Part shown: positions 48,801 to 64,000 of the stretch, piece after piece
How positions within the stretch are numbered: position 1 is the stretch's first letter
Layout of the letters: every line of letters begins with the position of its first letter
Origin: the human T2T-CHM13v2.0 reference genome, Homo sapiens
Assembly: GCF_009914755.1 (NCBI RefSeq)
Contig: NC_060931.1
Strand: one strand, 5' to 3'
DNA: 64,000 nt
Program-made: the position numbers and the translations under genes
The notes under the pieces: model-generated
Seen by the model: the letters and a program-made list of their open reading frames with translations, nothing else
What the model was told of the DNA's origin: nothing
Database searches by the model: none

Positions 48801-51800
48801 TGGCCTTAGACGCTTTAAAGCTGCAAACATGATATATACTTATTAAAGAAAACAAATGCACCAAAACCAACTGAAAATACTGATTTGTTTGATTTTGAAA
48901 GACTGGGACTCTTTGAAAATCAAAGCAAATCAATATTTTCTTAAGAAATATTATAGTAAACATAATTTTACGTTTTCTTGAGGACTTTAGGCTGTCACTA
49001 TGAACACCTTCACTCTACTGTAAATGAAGCATAAATGGCGGCAGATACAGTTCTACTACTGTGTTGGTACCCAGCACAGCAGACACCCGATCCCTGGGAG
49101 TACTCCCTGCGTTCTGTGATGGTTCCACTTTTCTTCTTCCAAACTCTAACTACTGGTGTGTTCCAAGGATCTGTCCTCAGTTCTATATTACAACCCCACT
49201 GTGCAGTTTACTTGCCTCAAAGATTCAGCCTCCACAGAGGGCTTCCAAATCCTAAACTTCCAAAGGATAGATTGCAAACTAAATCATTACCATTATCCCT
49301 ATAACAAGCCAATCTGCCTGACTACCCTGTTCCTCTTGCCTCCAACTCCTACCATTTCCAAAGTGTATGCTAATAGCTATCTACATTTTCCCGGGAAAGA
49401 AATATTGGCATCATCTTTGACCCTTCTTTATTTTCACTGAAACTGCCTATTCTGATCTTCAAAGTCTGTCTTCTTCTATTTTCATCATCACTACTGTTAT
49501 TTAAGCTATTATTAACTTTAGATCAGGTTAGTATAAAAGCCTCCTTTCTCCTAGATTCCTCCTACTACAATAGCTGTGTTTCTGAACCTCTTTGTCCACT
49601 GTGTACTCTGGGAGCTTTTATATATACAGATGTCTGTGTTCCACAAAGTTCCAAAGATTATACTGATGTGGAACCAAGGCTAAGAACCGCTATGTTAGTG
49701 GGTTTATTTTCCATTAAACAATCAAGGAATCTGCAACAATGCTTTTGGTTTCTAGTGTATCTTTTCAACTGCAAAAAGCCCCTAAAACGATACCTTGTCA
49801 CAAAGAACACTAATAATAACAAAATCAAATAGCTAAACACTAATGTACATTGTATACCTACATGCCCTTCATTGAACTGACTATATAAATGGTCCCTTTA
49901 TCTTTTACTATTACTGATTACTGAACTCTTTTCATTATTTTTCTTCTGTTGGGAATGGCAGTTCAAACTCTCCTAGTGCAAACTTAACAGGACCTTCTGT
50001 GACAACCTTCACCTTATTTATTTCACTGATCAGGCAAATATTCTATCACAAAAAGCTTTCTGATTCTATATCAGAATAAGTATAAGAAGAACACAAAAAG
50101 AAAACAGCAAAACCTCACTTGAGAAAAGAATCTGTTCAAAGTTTCTTAAGGTCTTGGACTTGGTCAAAATTTTAAAGCAGCTGTGTTTAAAGCCCACTGA
50201 GGAAAAAAAATAAGAAAAGTTCAATTAAAAGGAGTCTCATTCTAATTTTTAAAACAACTTCAAAACTTTGTTTCTGGAAAAACACCAACATCACATTCAT
50301 TCTCTTATTTTTAGCCTTTTTGGTTTAAAATTATTTTAATACAAAAGTTTTTCCCCTTCCCCCACAATTCTCATTTTAAGTGTTTGCTGAAGAATAGTCA
50401 ATCACAAATATATTTTTCAGCTTATCCTACACTGCCATGCTAATTCACCTGTTAAGATCACCCCCTAATTCCATGACTTTAAGAATACCTCTTTTAACAG
50501 TTTAGTACATACTTTTACTTTTTTTGTGATTGATTTATAAGCTGCAGGTGTTTATGTGATAAACTGTTTTAAATCTGTTTGGTATGCAGAACAAGTAAAT
50601 TCAGGGATTGAATAATTTGATAAAATGTCCCAAAGATATTCATAAGATAGGTTAAAAAAATAAAAACGAAATGGAATGAAAAGTGTACTTTTACTCCTGA
50701 CAACTGCAGCCTTTTACATTTTCTTGGAATTTTTACATAAACGCTTTAAGTTTAGAAAGAGAAATGCCAGGCATAAAAGCAATCATTACAGGAATGGGTT
50801 CATGTGAATACGATTATGGAAAAAAAAAATCATACAAAGACAACCAAAAACACACATGGCTCTACTTCAGTTCTTGATTTGATACATATTTGTCAGGCTC
50901 ATCTAATTAAATAATGAAGTCCCTGTTTGAAAAGCGAAACTAGTTTTTTTAATTAAAAAGCTGTCTATAACTCTTATACATTTAAAATATTTTTGGTTTA
51001 CATGGAGGTCAAATTTTAAAAATTATGTATGCAAAGACAGAAAACACCTATATGTGCAAGCATATTTCCATTTATAAATATGGATCTATTCACTAGATAG
51101 TGAAAAACCTATCTTATGAATATCTTATGAATATAACCTCACTTTAAAAGACTGTCTCTTAACTATCAATGGCAGACACCAGAAATACCCCTTCGCATCA
51201 CCACTGCTAGGCATCTCCCTACCATTTCTTTTTAGTAACTGCTTCAGATACGAGTGCTGCCTGGAACACACCTTTATCTCCAGTTCTCACTTTACCTTTA
51301 GACAAATTGGCACAGCATCTCTTAAGTGGTGAAACAAGGCAGGCCATAAACTGGGGAAGGAAAAAGTGGTAAACGAAAAGAGTGCATTAAGCCTACCTGC
51401 TACTCTTTACAACCCTGTTCACCCTTCCCCACCCCAAGCCTGTTCATCACCATCAACTAGCATCAGTTGGGCAAATGGTTGGAGAAGAGTGGAAAAAAAT
51501 CTTTTCTTATCACAGCAAAAAAGAACAACACAACTTATTTTCATTGTTTTTCCTGTTTTATTTTCAATTCCACTAATAGAGATAAGGGAAAAGAAGGCTC
51601 TGTTCTCCAACCTCCCAGTCACTATCTATCCTGTCCTTAATATTCAATGGCTGTTTTGCCTCCTTATTCTACCCTAACTTATTTCCTTCCCTGCCATCTC
51701 TCCCCAAAAAACCCTCACCTTGTATAGCCCCAACTCAGCTAATCATACCTATCCTATGGATCATCCATTCCCATCAATTTATAACTTTTCACCTAATGGA

Positions 51801-54504
51801 AATTCTAGGGCCACTTCCTGCTTCTCATTTTCCCTCCTATTCTAACATTTGGAGTCACTAATATTAGGTTTGGAGTTGGGGGTGGGGAACCTATATTATT
51901 CCCATAAAATATGTATAGTATTAATAATGAACTACCAAAGCATCAAGAAAGTTATTTTAATATTTTTAGGACTCCGCTCACTTATCTGTAAAATGAAGAA
52001 GCTATTAGATCACCACTCTAATATCTGGCTGACAATTTCCAGTTCCTAATAATAGGGATCTTAAACTATAGATCTGAGGTAGAATACAGGAATTGTCTAA
52101 GAGGCACCCAGTTGAATCTGCTGATCAGCCATGTTTGGGAATCACTGCTAAATGCTAAGAGGTTCCTTCTAGTCTAAAACTCCAAGATCCTAAGCTGGAA
52201 TTTTCACTGCATTTGCTGGTAGAAGAATTGTGATAAAAGGGGTACAGTTTCCATAGTTATTGGTGCTATAGTTCAGGTATGTTATTGATTCAATGGGCCT
52301 TTGCAGACTGATCTAGCACTTAAGCAATCTTCAGATTACAATAACAGCTGACTTGCAAATGAACTTGTAAAATATGTTTACAGACTGGGGACCATCAGCA
52401 CAATACTAAGTCCTCAAAGTAAAACACTAAAAATTATTTCCTTAGTATTATTATGTGCACAGAGTTTTTCACAGATGACTTTTTTACTACTAATATTTAG
52501 CCTATATGTCAGAAATAAAGGTAGAAGGAGCATGCTCATTAGGATCACTTATTCTGCTAATTCACTGATGGGGCTTTGTATATCATTCAAGCAAAGCCTA
52601 GAGAAGTCTAGATCACCGGTGAAATTCAGGGTATTAAAGCGCCTAAAGAATAGTCTCATTCAAATGTTTAAACTGCCAGGACTTTAACTCCCCAGAAGCA
52701 TACTAGATCATTCACTTATGAACTCCATGTATCTATTCTAGATCTGGTAACTTCCGATTCTCATAAACAAGAGTTCCTGTGGTTAATACTCAGGCTTAAA
52801 ACATGGTTAAACATGTGGGAACTAAGCACATATAAACAGCACTTGAAGAGATGCCACATTAGTGTGTTAATTTGAGTGGAACCTATTCATTTATGAATAA
52901 ATGAATAATGAAATTATTAAAAGGTAAAAATAGAAATGGAATTCTATGCTAGTCATTTTTCTCTTTAGAAAGATGCACTTAAATTTGTACAAAATAGCAG
53001 GATAAATTGCAGGAAAATGTGTCCATTTATTTCCTAATCTCTCCAAATAACATAAAATCTACAGTGAATTCCATTATGTAAGAGCATTCTTTGAATATCA
53101 AGAATGATGCAGTTGTTGCTATGGTAACTACTCATTTTATTGACTAAATTGTGGGTTTGGGTAGCATTCTTTCAAAAAACATATTTTACCATCCTAAGTA
53201 GGTCTGATAAGACTCTTTCTATTGCTATCTGTTAAACAATAACTACAAGCCCCATTTGGGGATGATTAAACAGCCTCTATTAAAAGCTAAGCTTGATTTG
53301 CTAAGGAAAGAAACCTTTAAAGTTTGAAAAATGAAACATATCAACTACATTCAAAAGAACAAAGGATACTTAGTTTTAACTTTCTAGAGTAGTTGAAACG
53401 TGTGTATAAATCAACAGTAACATGATCTTACCTGTCTGTATTCCTTCACTGCCATAATTTTCCTTCTAATCCTAAATTATTAACTAAGTATAGGACTAAC
53501 ACCAGAAGGCTGCTGACTTTTCAGTTTGCAATTAAGCTAAAATGAGAACCAGTGGAAAGCTTTCCTCATTTCGATACTCAGGAGAAGTCTCTCTCCCAAG
53601 CCTATGAAAACAGAATTTTCACTGTCAAAATCTTATAAAACAGCTGTGTACAAAAGCCTATATTTAAAGATATCAAGGATAACTGTAGACTCCAACTATA
53701 AACACTCTTCAGGCACAGGCAAAAGCCACTAAGGCTTCTTCCCCTATGAGCTTCCACAGAGGGGGTTCTCACCGGAACCCCATCCATGGAAGCCGAGGGT
53801 GGGCTTTATCGGCAGGTGTCTTTAGGAGGCTTCCAATACAAACGGTATTTTCAGAACCTGCCCAGATCTCTTCCTCATCGCCTAAATAAACAGTTAAGAC
53901 CAAGTATTTAAGAAATGGGAGTGGGGGCCACGAGTGTAGCCCGCCCCCTTTTAACAATGTGAAGTCCAGTCAGCTAAAAGGCCTGCTGGCTTCCCAGCCC
54001 TGGAAGCCAATGCGAGGAAGGCTCGGCATGGTTGTAGGAATGAAGTACTAGGAAGGGGGTCTGATAAGGAAGCAAATGGTACAGCCGGTAGGTCAAGCGT
54101 AAAGGAGGGACAACTCAGGTTTCTTTTCGTCTTTTACAAATGGATTTTACCTGTCTTGTTTTACCTCGGCGTCTCTTGCAAAAAGCGACCCCCACCTCCT
54201 CTGTGAGCGTGTATGTGTTTGTGTGTGCCGAGACAACAACCTCAGCACCCCGGCTGGGGACAGGGGCTTGGAGGGGGTGGGGACTCAATTCCTTTACAGG
54301 CCTAGAACTCTCCCGAAGGGCCCTCAAAGAAAAGGGGGCGGGGAGGAGCGCGTCTGATGCCGACTAGGGGGCTCAGACCAGGCCCGGGAGAGCAGCAGCG
54401 GCTGGGGGGACGTGCAGATCCTTTACATTTTAATGGTGGCCTCTTTGGAGGAGGGAAGAGGTGACAAGCGGTTGGGGGTGATGAGGCCTCCCCTTCCTCC
54501 CTCA

Positions 54505-54882
<378 letters not shown>

Positions 54883-57259
54883 CTAAGGGCCAATGGGCAG
54901 AAAGCGCCGGCGGCGAACCCGGTTGTTTGGGAAGGCGAGCAGCTGGAGGAGGCGGAGCTTGCGGGGATAGGGAGGCTGAGGCAGTGGGAGCTCCAGGCCT
55001 GGGTGCTCATCTCTTCCCCACCCTCCCCGGATTCTGTGCGCAGGCGCTGTGGCTCGGCCTCGGGAGACGAGCTGTGAGCAACGCGCTTGCGCGTCTCAGT
55101 TTGCTTAGTTTGGGCTTTTTTACAGCTCGGCTTTCTGATGTCTTCCATCATTTTCATCCCCTACACTTTATAATCTGTTGCGATGCGGCCAGGGTGCTCT
55201 GCTTGAACCTCCGCTGCACCTTGTCACATGTAGGTTCCCTTTAGTTACTTGCGCTTTGAGATGACGTTACACTTCAGGGACCTCAAGCACACAAGCATTC
55301 TAAGGCTCAAGGAGAGGTCTGGCTACCAAATGCTAATTTAATTCTCAGGTCGACAATGGTTTATGCCTGCAGTACTACTGCTGGGCAAAGGACATAGAAA
55401 ATGCGAAAAGGAGAGGGCCAAGAAAAGCAACAGGAGATGCAGGAGGACAATAAGGAACGATGGAAAACTCACAGCAGATGCCCTCAAGAACTTTTGTAGT
55501 GACCACGGTGTTAATAAGCAGCCTTCCCTGATCTTATTCGCATCAGCACTCTGAGCTTTTATGGTCAGCTCAGGTGACCTCCTGTCCTTTAATTTGGAGA
55601 GTTAGTCTATGCGGAGTGTATCTAAGTGGGTTTGGTAACCTGTTCACCCTCCTCCACTTCTTTTCCATCTCTTGGGGAACGCGATTGTTGACTTCTGTCC
55701 CAGAAAGGTGGAACACTGCTCTCTGGAGAGAGGTAGACTGCATTGGCTCCTGAAGTGGTACTGAGGCTGCTGGAGTGTCAGAGATTGAATAGACTGAGAG
55801 CCCCTAATGAGTTGTGTTGGATTGTGTACCACTTCCCCATTGCAGGTGTTGGTTACGTGACAGTCTATGGAAATGATTGCAATGGTAACATTTTGATAAT
55901 GATTTTCTAACTACGAATAAAGCTTGCATTATGTAACTGTTTTATATGCTACCTTCTTTATATTGAATACGCTGAAGAGCAAAGAATTATACACACTGTC
56001 TAGGACACAGGAGAAGCGGGAGGTGAAGGGAGATTGATGGAATTTAAAGGCGGAAGATGTGTCCCTACAGCACAGTGAAGAGACAGATCAAACACAAAGA
56101 CAAGGACATATAAACTTCAAAAGAACTCCTTATAATTATGAAGAGAAGTTAAGCGGAAGTGCCTAATAAATTGAAAATATGGTGGTCTTATTTGGGGGAA
56201 TTTCATTTGGGAAGAAAGGGGAGCTTGAATTACATGTCTCTTTTGGCTCTTTCCATATTTTAATACATATGGAAGGCAAATAATGGTGCAGATATTCGAA
56301 AGATACAATGATAGTAAAAAGAGCATTAAATTTCACTTGTGCTGAACTGTAGTTTTATTTTTTAAAAAAGAACTTTTCAGCATAATACTAGCAAATGAAC
56401 TTTTAAGGCCTCTTAACTGAAGATGTTCACTGAAGGAAATTTGGAAAATACAGAAAAGAGTAAAGAAAATAAGACATCTGGACTGAGAGATAACAACTTA
56501 ACATTTTTTCTTTGTTTGTATATACTAATTTCAAATAGGATATTTCTTGATGCCTATGTGGCAATCTATTGTATGAATAGCCTACTATTTCATTAACCAA
56601 TTCCCAGTTATTGTAGATTTATGTTTTTTCCAGCTTTTTTGTATTACAGATAATGTCATGACAAACACATTTGCACACAAGTATTTGTCCATTTCTTTAA
56701 TTATACATTCCATCAGGCTAAATTCCTAAAAGTTCAATTTCTGAAGCAAAGGGTCAAACATGTTAGGGTTTTGATGTATATTATGAAATTGCCTTTTCTG
56801 AAAGATAGTAGCAGTTTATGCCATGTCCACTAGTACCTATGGGTGTTTATTTCATTGCACCCTTACCAAAGGTAGGTATTACAATTTACAAAGTCATTAA
56901 TGAGATTTTAAAAACATGTCTATTTTTTAAATAAATATGTGGAATTTCCTGCTGTTTCGTAACTAGCTATTCTTATTGGTATAATATTTAACTTAAAATA
57001 CCAACGTAAGAATAAATAAAAGGAACTTATTTAAGACTATCTAGTTGTTGTTGTTCAAGCAGATTGAAGAGTCCTACCTTTTAAAATTACTTTTTGACTT
57101 CACACTTTCTTGAAAAGCAACCGAAGAAATAACAATTGGACAGCCAGATTTTATTTTAAAGAAAATGAAATCTTTTTATTTTCTTTAAATTTTTTATTTA
57201 AAAAATGTTTTATTTAAAATTTTCATTTAAAAAATTTTAAATTTTTTATTATAAAATAA

Positions 57260-57727
<468 letters not shown>

Positions 57728-58539
57728 TTATAACTACTTTCCTCCTGTGTAGTTAGCAATATTACAAAAAGCTTTCTATCTGTTAAGGTTGCTGAGGAGT
57801 CATAATGGAATTCTCCATTTAAGTGAAACAACAGTCCTAATTGCTGATAAAATGGATTCACTGAAGGAAGCAGGCTTGGTGCCATATTCAATGAGCATAT
57901 CCTATGCCCAGGAAAATGTCAGCAACTTTCCCCACTTTGTGGTGACAGGTTTTTATTTACTGTAAATATCTTGTTTTAAAAAATTCTCTCATTATTTTAA
58001 ATGCCTGTTAGGGAAAGAGGATGTTGGAATAAAACACTCTTCACTGAGCAGGACAAACCAGTCTGGGAAGTAGAGGCTTTTCTAATGACCGCTCTAAACC
58101 CCTGATAAGTAAATTTCTCATCCTCATTCTTTGCCTTACCTAACCAGCTTCTGTACCTAATTCCTTACACATTAGGTAGGTCAAGTAAGCTTCCTTTGTT
58201 CAAGAACCACTCAGTACAGAAAAAATGTTTTTGGTGAGAAAAATACCTTGTCATCTTTGTTTACAGTTATATTCTTTATAAGTAACACAAATTCCTACAA
58301 AGGGTGTAAAGAGTCAACATATTGCAGTAATAAAATATGTTCTATTCCCAGTGTGAGTTTGAAAAAATTAATGGGTGATGAAAAGTCAACTTAAAAATCC
58401 ATATCAAAATCTGGGATGAGGCACTGAGGTAACCCGTAGATTCTGGGTGTGCTTTGTAAAAGTGTTGTACATTTCATTCTGACCCTCTTGAGTGTTGCTG
58501 TAGAAGAGAGAAGACTACATAATAGAAGTTGGGGTTCTT

Positions 58540-58737
<198 letters not shown>

Positions 58738-61254
58738 CTAAGGCATTATTTATTTTTATTCTTCAGTGACTTGGTATTATCTACTTTGCTTTGGCCCTCT
58801 TTATTATAAAAATCATAAAAGCAATTAGACTTTAATGTTGCATAATAAAAGTATTAATATTAAACTTCTGTTTCTAAAACATAAAAATGTTAAAACAACA
58901 GTGTATGTCAATTGTGCAAAAAGACTTGATCAGCTTTATTATTGAAGATACAGCTGTATTCCAAGCTGGACAAATCTTTGGTTCATGACTATTTAGAAAT
59001 AGAATCTTTAGGAATTCAATTAAAATGAGGACTGGAAAAGTAAAATCTATGTCATTTTGAAAATATTTACCACTGTTTCCAAAATTCTTACCCATGAATA
59101 TAAAAATATCCATGAAGTTTAAATGATTTTTTGTATTCAGAATTTTAAAAAGTAGATGTATCTTTAGTTGAGCACATTATAGAGAAATTGTTAAGCCTTT
59201 TGTTTTTCATATTTTATTTCAAATCATAGAAACTTTCTTTGGAAAATTCCGTATTTAATGTTTTGATAGAGACAAACAGTGGAGAACTAACAAGAAAAAT
59301 ATTTTTAGTGATATATTTCTATTCAATATGGCAGATTACAACTTAAAAATCCTTCTATTGATTAAAAATTAAAAGGGTTATTTTCTTTAAAAATTTATGT
59401 CTTTAACTACTATTTCAATGACTTCCCTGCAATTCATAATTTAACTGCGAACATTAAAAGTATTCAAAATAACACATAGATTTGTTATCTTTCAAAAGTT
59501 AATAGACTGGTGTTAACCAAGTGACAATCATTAATTAATGCTTACCTCAAAATACAATTATAAAACATACTATTTTGTGATATACTAATTAATGAAATAT
59601 ATCTGATAATCATAACAGGGCTAATGTAGGAATAGATCTACATAAAAAAGAAGTACACTTCTTCTAAGTGATAATGTCCTTACAATGAAATGTAGGACTA
59701 AAATTTTCTGTGTCCTAATTCCAGCCTTGCATTAACCAACAGAGCAAGGTTCTCTGAGCCTTATTTATCCTCTGTCAAATGTAAAATGAAGAGATTGGAT
59801 TTGACTAGTGTTTTTCAATTTTTTTTTTACTGTGACTCTAGTAAGAAATACATATTACCTGATGGCACAGGACACTTAGACATATACGCTACATGTATAT
59901 ATATATATGTACTCTACATATATATATATTATAAATATATATATATAAATTTATACCCACATATATAATGAGGACAAAAGTTTCACCAAGCAATACTTAT
60001 CTTCACTAATGCAGTGCATGGTGGTATTTTCCATTCTATTTTTAGTTTTTTAAAACTATAGGGTGTACTACGTTGATTTTATGGCCCTCTAATGAATCAC
60101 AGCCTAAAATTTATAAAATACTGGCAATTGGAAAGATCCCTTTCAGTCCCCAAACCACAGTAATTCTATGACTCACATTGATTTTGAGAAAGCTTTATGA
60201 GATGTACCTTACCATGTTGAGTCTACTCATTCCTTTCAAACATCATTTTTACCTTGGGAGATTTCTTACATTCTGAATGCGGGCTCAGAGAAGTGACCTA
60301 GACTCTGCTAACCATAGTCTCTGAATGAAGTGTCTATTTGGAAGAGAGCAAAATGACGAAATAGAAGCCATAGGGAATCTTTTGGCCTGTTGAGGGAGAG
60401 TGGAGGTGTAGTTCTTTTAGGATCACCAAGCCCAAGGGTCTACCTTCCAGTGTCTAACATTTGCTTTATAAGCCAAATAATAGGGGCAATGGGTCTTTCC
60501 CAGAGTAGTTGCTGGGTCGACTTATGTGGGGATCTGGGCTGCGTAGTCTCCAAGTCTGCCTCTCTGATCCTTCTGGAGATCTGGGATGCCTTTTCTATTT
60601 GAACTCGCTGAAGTGAGTTGTATTTTTTTATTGCACAGAGGTGGCTAGTGCTGAGACATTCTGGAAGAGAATTAGGTGATCGAGAAGCAGTGTTTGCTAG
60701 CTTTCTCTGTGACTTGAAGTGATCTGCTATCTGCTAGGTTCCTTGGTTTCCTAGCTGTCAGATAATGACGACTTACCATTCCTACCTCACAAAGTTGTGT
60801 GAATAAAAAGAAATTACGGACTGAAAGTGTTTCAAAAAGTTAAGAAAGTACAAATGTGAATAAATGGTATACATGTAAATTGTTTCTAAGGGGCCAGAAA
60901 AAGTGAAATTTTTCTAAATGCAGGAAGCTAAATTTACACTTCTTTTATTAAATGTACATCAGTCTCTTTTTAGATTTTAATAGTTTGTCACTGACTTCCC
61001 ATTTTTTTCTTTTCCTGAAGGTAGAACATATTCCCATATTAGCTCTGAAATTACAAGGTTTTATATGTCCAAGTATGAAGTAATCACCATATAATTCCAT
61101 ATAATTCCTAAAGTTGACTGTTATCTCTCCCCCAAAGTTTTTGTAAGATAATTAGAATAAATGTTTTATGAAAAGCCAGATCAAAATTTACTACCATATT
61201 TTAATAAACATATTTCTTTTTTAAAAATTATATATATTTAATTATTTTAAAAAA

Positions 61255-61557
61255 ATTTTTCTTTTTAGAGATAGGGCCTTGCTGTGTTGTCCAGGCTGGA
61301 GTGTAGCAGCGCAATCATAGTTCACTGTAACCTCAAACTCCTGGGCTCAAGTGATCATCCCCCTTCAGCCTCCTGAGTAGCTAGGACCACAGGTGCATGT
61401 CACCATGCCTGGCTAATTAAGTTTTTTTTTCTTTTTTAGAGATGGGGGTCTTGCTGTGTTGCCCAGGCTGGTCTTGAACTTCTGGTCTCAAGGGATCCTC
61501 CCTGCCTTGCCTTTCCTAAAGCAATGGGATTACAGGCATGAGTCATTGTTCCTGACC
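61255..61557 (-). mobile_element. AluJ-type SINE
   Basis: Diverged antisense Alu dimer. Confidence 0.88.
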
Positions 61558-61559
61558 AC

Positions 61560-61910
61560 ATGATGTTTTGATATACACAGTGGAATGGTTACTGCAGTCA
61601 AGCAAGTTAATATACACATCTTCTCACATAGTTACCTTTCCCTCGTTGTGTGTTAAAAGCACCTGAAATCTATTCTCTCAGCAAATTTCCAGCATGCAGT
61701 GCAATACTATTAACTATAGTCCTCATGCTATACATTGGATCTTTAGTCTTACTCTCTAGACTTATTCATCCTACATACAACTACAGCTTTGCACCCTTTT
61801 ACCTCCATCTCCCCATCCCCTTTGTGTGTTCCCAATCCCCACCTCTAGTAACCACCATTCTACTCTCTGTTTCTATGTATTTGTCTTTTTTTTGGAGATT
61901 CCAAATGCAG
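61560..61910 (-). mobile_element. L1MA-type 3'UTR fragment
   Basis: aaatctattctctcagcaaattt...ttaactatagtcctcatgc...taaccaccattctactctctg. Confidence 0.75.
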
Positions 61911-62879
61911 TTTTAATTTACTTCACCATGTAATTCAAATCACTACCATTTGAAAGTGACCATATCATTCAAATCACTACCATTTGAAAGTGTGCAGGGG
62001 CCTTATTAATTATTATGCTAAGACAACAGGCATACATTGGGACTTTCTCAGACAAACTGAGATGTGTGATATGTGGCCACCCTTCTTACACTTCAGTAAT
62101 TTCTACAAAAACAGGAGGACAGATCAACAACCCGGTAGAAAAATGGATAAAGGATATGAACAAATGATGATGATGGCAATAAGAGTAACCGCTTACATGG
62201 TGCTTATTATGTTCTAGGCACTGTTCTTGATATTTCTGCATACGAATTATTTTATCTTTACAACAACCCTATGAGGAAACTGAGGTACAAATGAAGAAAC
62301 TAAAGTAAGAACATTTAAGTAGTTCATACAAAGAAATATAAATTGTTCTTAAATATATCAAAATATACTCACCTCATTCATAGTAAAAGAAATAAAAAAC
62401 TGTGCTCTGATGACATTTTTCATCTATGAGATTTACAAAGATCTAAAAATTGAGAATATACATTTTCTATTGCCTTTGGATGGCAATTTGGCAGTAACTA
62501 TCAAAAGTATAAATATCTATACCCTTTGAGGTGTCAATCTCATTTTAAAGAATTTATTCTTCAGCTATGTACATACATGTAGGAAATTATGATTGTACAA
62601 GGTTATTTATTGTGGAATTTTTGTAGTGGCAAAGAATTGGAAATAATCTAAATGTCCCTCACTAAGACACTGATTAAATAAATTATGGAACATCCTTACA
62701 AGCCATTTTATGGCCCTACATCCAGGGCCATAAAAATGAATGGGGAAACTTTTAATGTGCAGATCATGGAGGATGAGAATTGGGTTCCTGGGAGGCAAGA
62801 GTGGGAGGGATGCTCTGTATTCTTCTATAATTTTGGAATTTTGAACCATATGAATACTATCTACATTTTTAAACTATGC

Positions 62880-64000
62880 ATTTTTATTTTATCTCTTTTT
62901 AAAATTTCAATAGCTTTTGGTGAACAGGTGGTTTTTGGTTACAGTGATAAACTCTTTAGTGGTGATTTCTGAGATTTTGGTGCACCTGTCACCTGAGCAG
63001 TGTACACTGTACCCAATGTGTAGTCTTTTATCTCTCACCCCCCTCCCATCCTTCCCCACAAGTCTCCAAAGCCCATGATATCATTCTTAAGCCTTTGCAT
63101 TCTCACAGCTTAGCTCCTACTTATAAGTGAGAACATACATTATTTGGTTTTTCATTCCTGAGGGTTACTTCATGTAGAATAATGGCCTCCAGCTCCATCC
63201 AAGTTGGTGCAACATACATTATCTCATTTCTTTTTATGACTGAGTGCATATATACCACATTCGATGGTGTATATATACCACATTTTCTTTATCCACTCAT
63301 TGATTGATGGGCAGGTATGTTGGCTCCATATTTTTGCAATTATGAATTTTGCTGCTATAAACATGCATGTGCAAGTGTCTTTTTCATATTATGGCCATTC
63401 TTGCAGAAGTAAGGGGGTATCTCATTGCAATTTTAATTTGCATTTACCTGATAATTAGTGATGTTGAGCATGTTTTCATATATTTGTTGACTGTTTATAT
63501 ATCTTTTTTGAGAATTATTTATTCATGTTCTTTGCCCACGTTTTGATGGGATTATTTATTTCTTTTCTTGCTGATTTGTTTGAGTTCCTTATAGATTCTG
63601 GATATTAGTCCTCTCTCAGATTCATGCTTTGTGAATATTTTCTCCTAGTCTGTGGGTTATGTGTTTACTCTGCTGATTCTTTCTTTTGCTGTACAGAAGC
63701 TTTTTGGTTTAATTATGTCCCATTTACCTATTTTTGTTTTTGTTGCATTTGCTTTGGGTTCCTGGTCACGAATTCTTTGCCTAAGCCAATGTCTAGAAGG
63801 GCTTTTCTGATGTTGTCTTCTAGAATTTTTATGGTTTCAGCCCTTAGATTTAAGTCGTTGATTCATCTTGAGTTGGCTTTTGTATAAGGTAAGAGATGAG
63901 GATCCAGTTTCATCATCCTACATGTGGCTTGCCAATTATCCCAGCACCATTTGTTGAATAGGGTGTCCTTTCTCCATTTTATGTTTTTGTTTGCTGTGTC
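62880..64000 (-). mobile_element. L1PB-type 3' end (runs off the window)
   Basis: caatagcttttggtgaacaggtggtttttggttaca...gattttggtgcacc, followed by antisense ORF2. Confidence 0.85.

Noticed and set aside
52884-52907. Short palindrome tattcattta-tgaa-taaatgaata
   Set aside because: AT-rich 10-11 bp stem, expected by chance or from an L2/MIR tail.

Overview
Hominoid (most likely human) genomic DNA containing the 5' half of SAMTOR (BMT2/C7orf60, the S-adenosylmethionine sensor upstream of GATOR1/mTORC1) on the minus strand. Visible parts are a CpG-island promoter (~54.3-55.1 kb), coding exon 1 (54681-54522), exon 2 (30374-30233) and exon 3 (10659-10489), all with GT-AG boundaries and continuous phase; the remaining exons lie left of the window. 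The introns are full of transposons: a full-length, disabled L1PA3/PA4-type element (31379-39147) carrying a nested SVA, a full-length Tigger1 with three nested insertions, THE1/MLT2/ERV1-type LTRs, about 13 Alus and old L1/L2/MIR/MER fragments. Main observation: the L1 antisense promoter and an open ORF0 point at SAMTOR exon 2, ~1 kb away, and both ORF0 splice donors are in phase with SAMTOR exons (SD1 with exon 2, SD2 with exon 3). This predicts L1-driven ORF0-SAMTOR fusion isoforms. Second, the non-TE part of introns 1-2 holds three old direct duplications and a cluster of microexon/poison-exon-like cassettes. Repeat subfamily calls are from recalled consensus sequences and their edges are approximate; nothing here was computed or searched.
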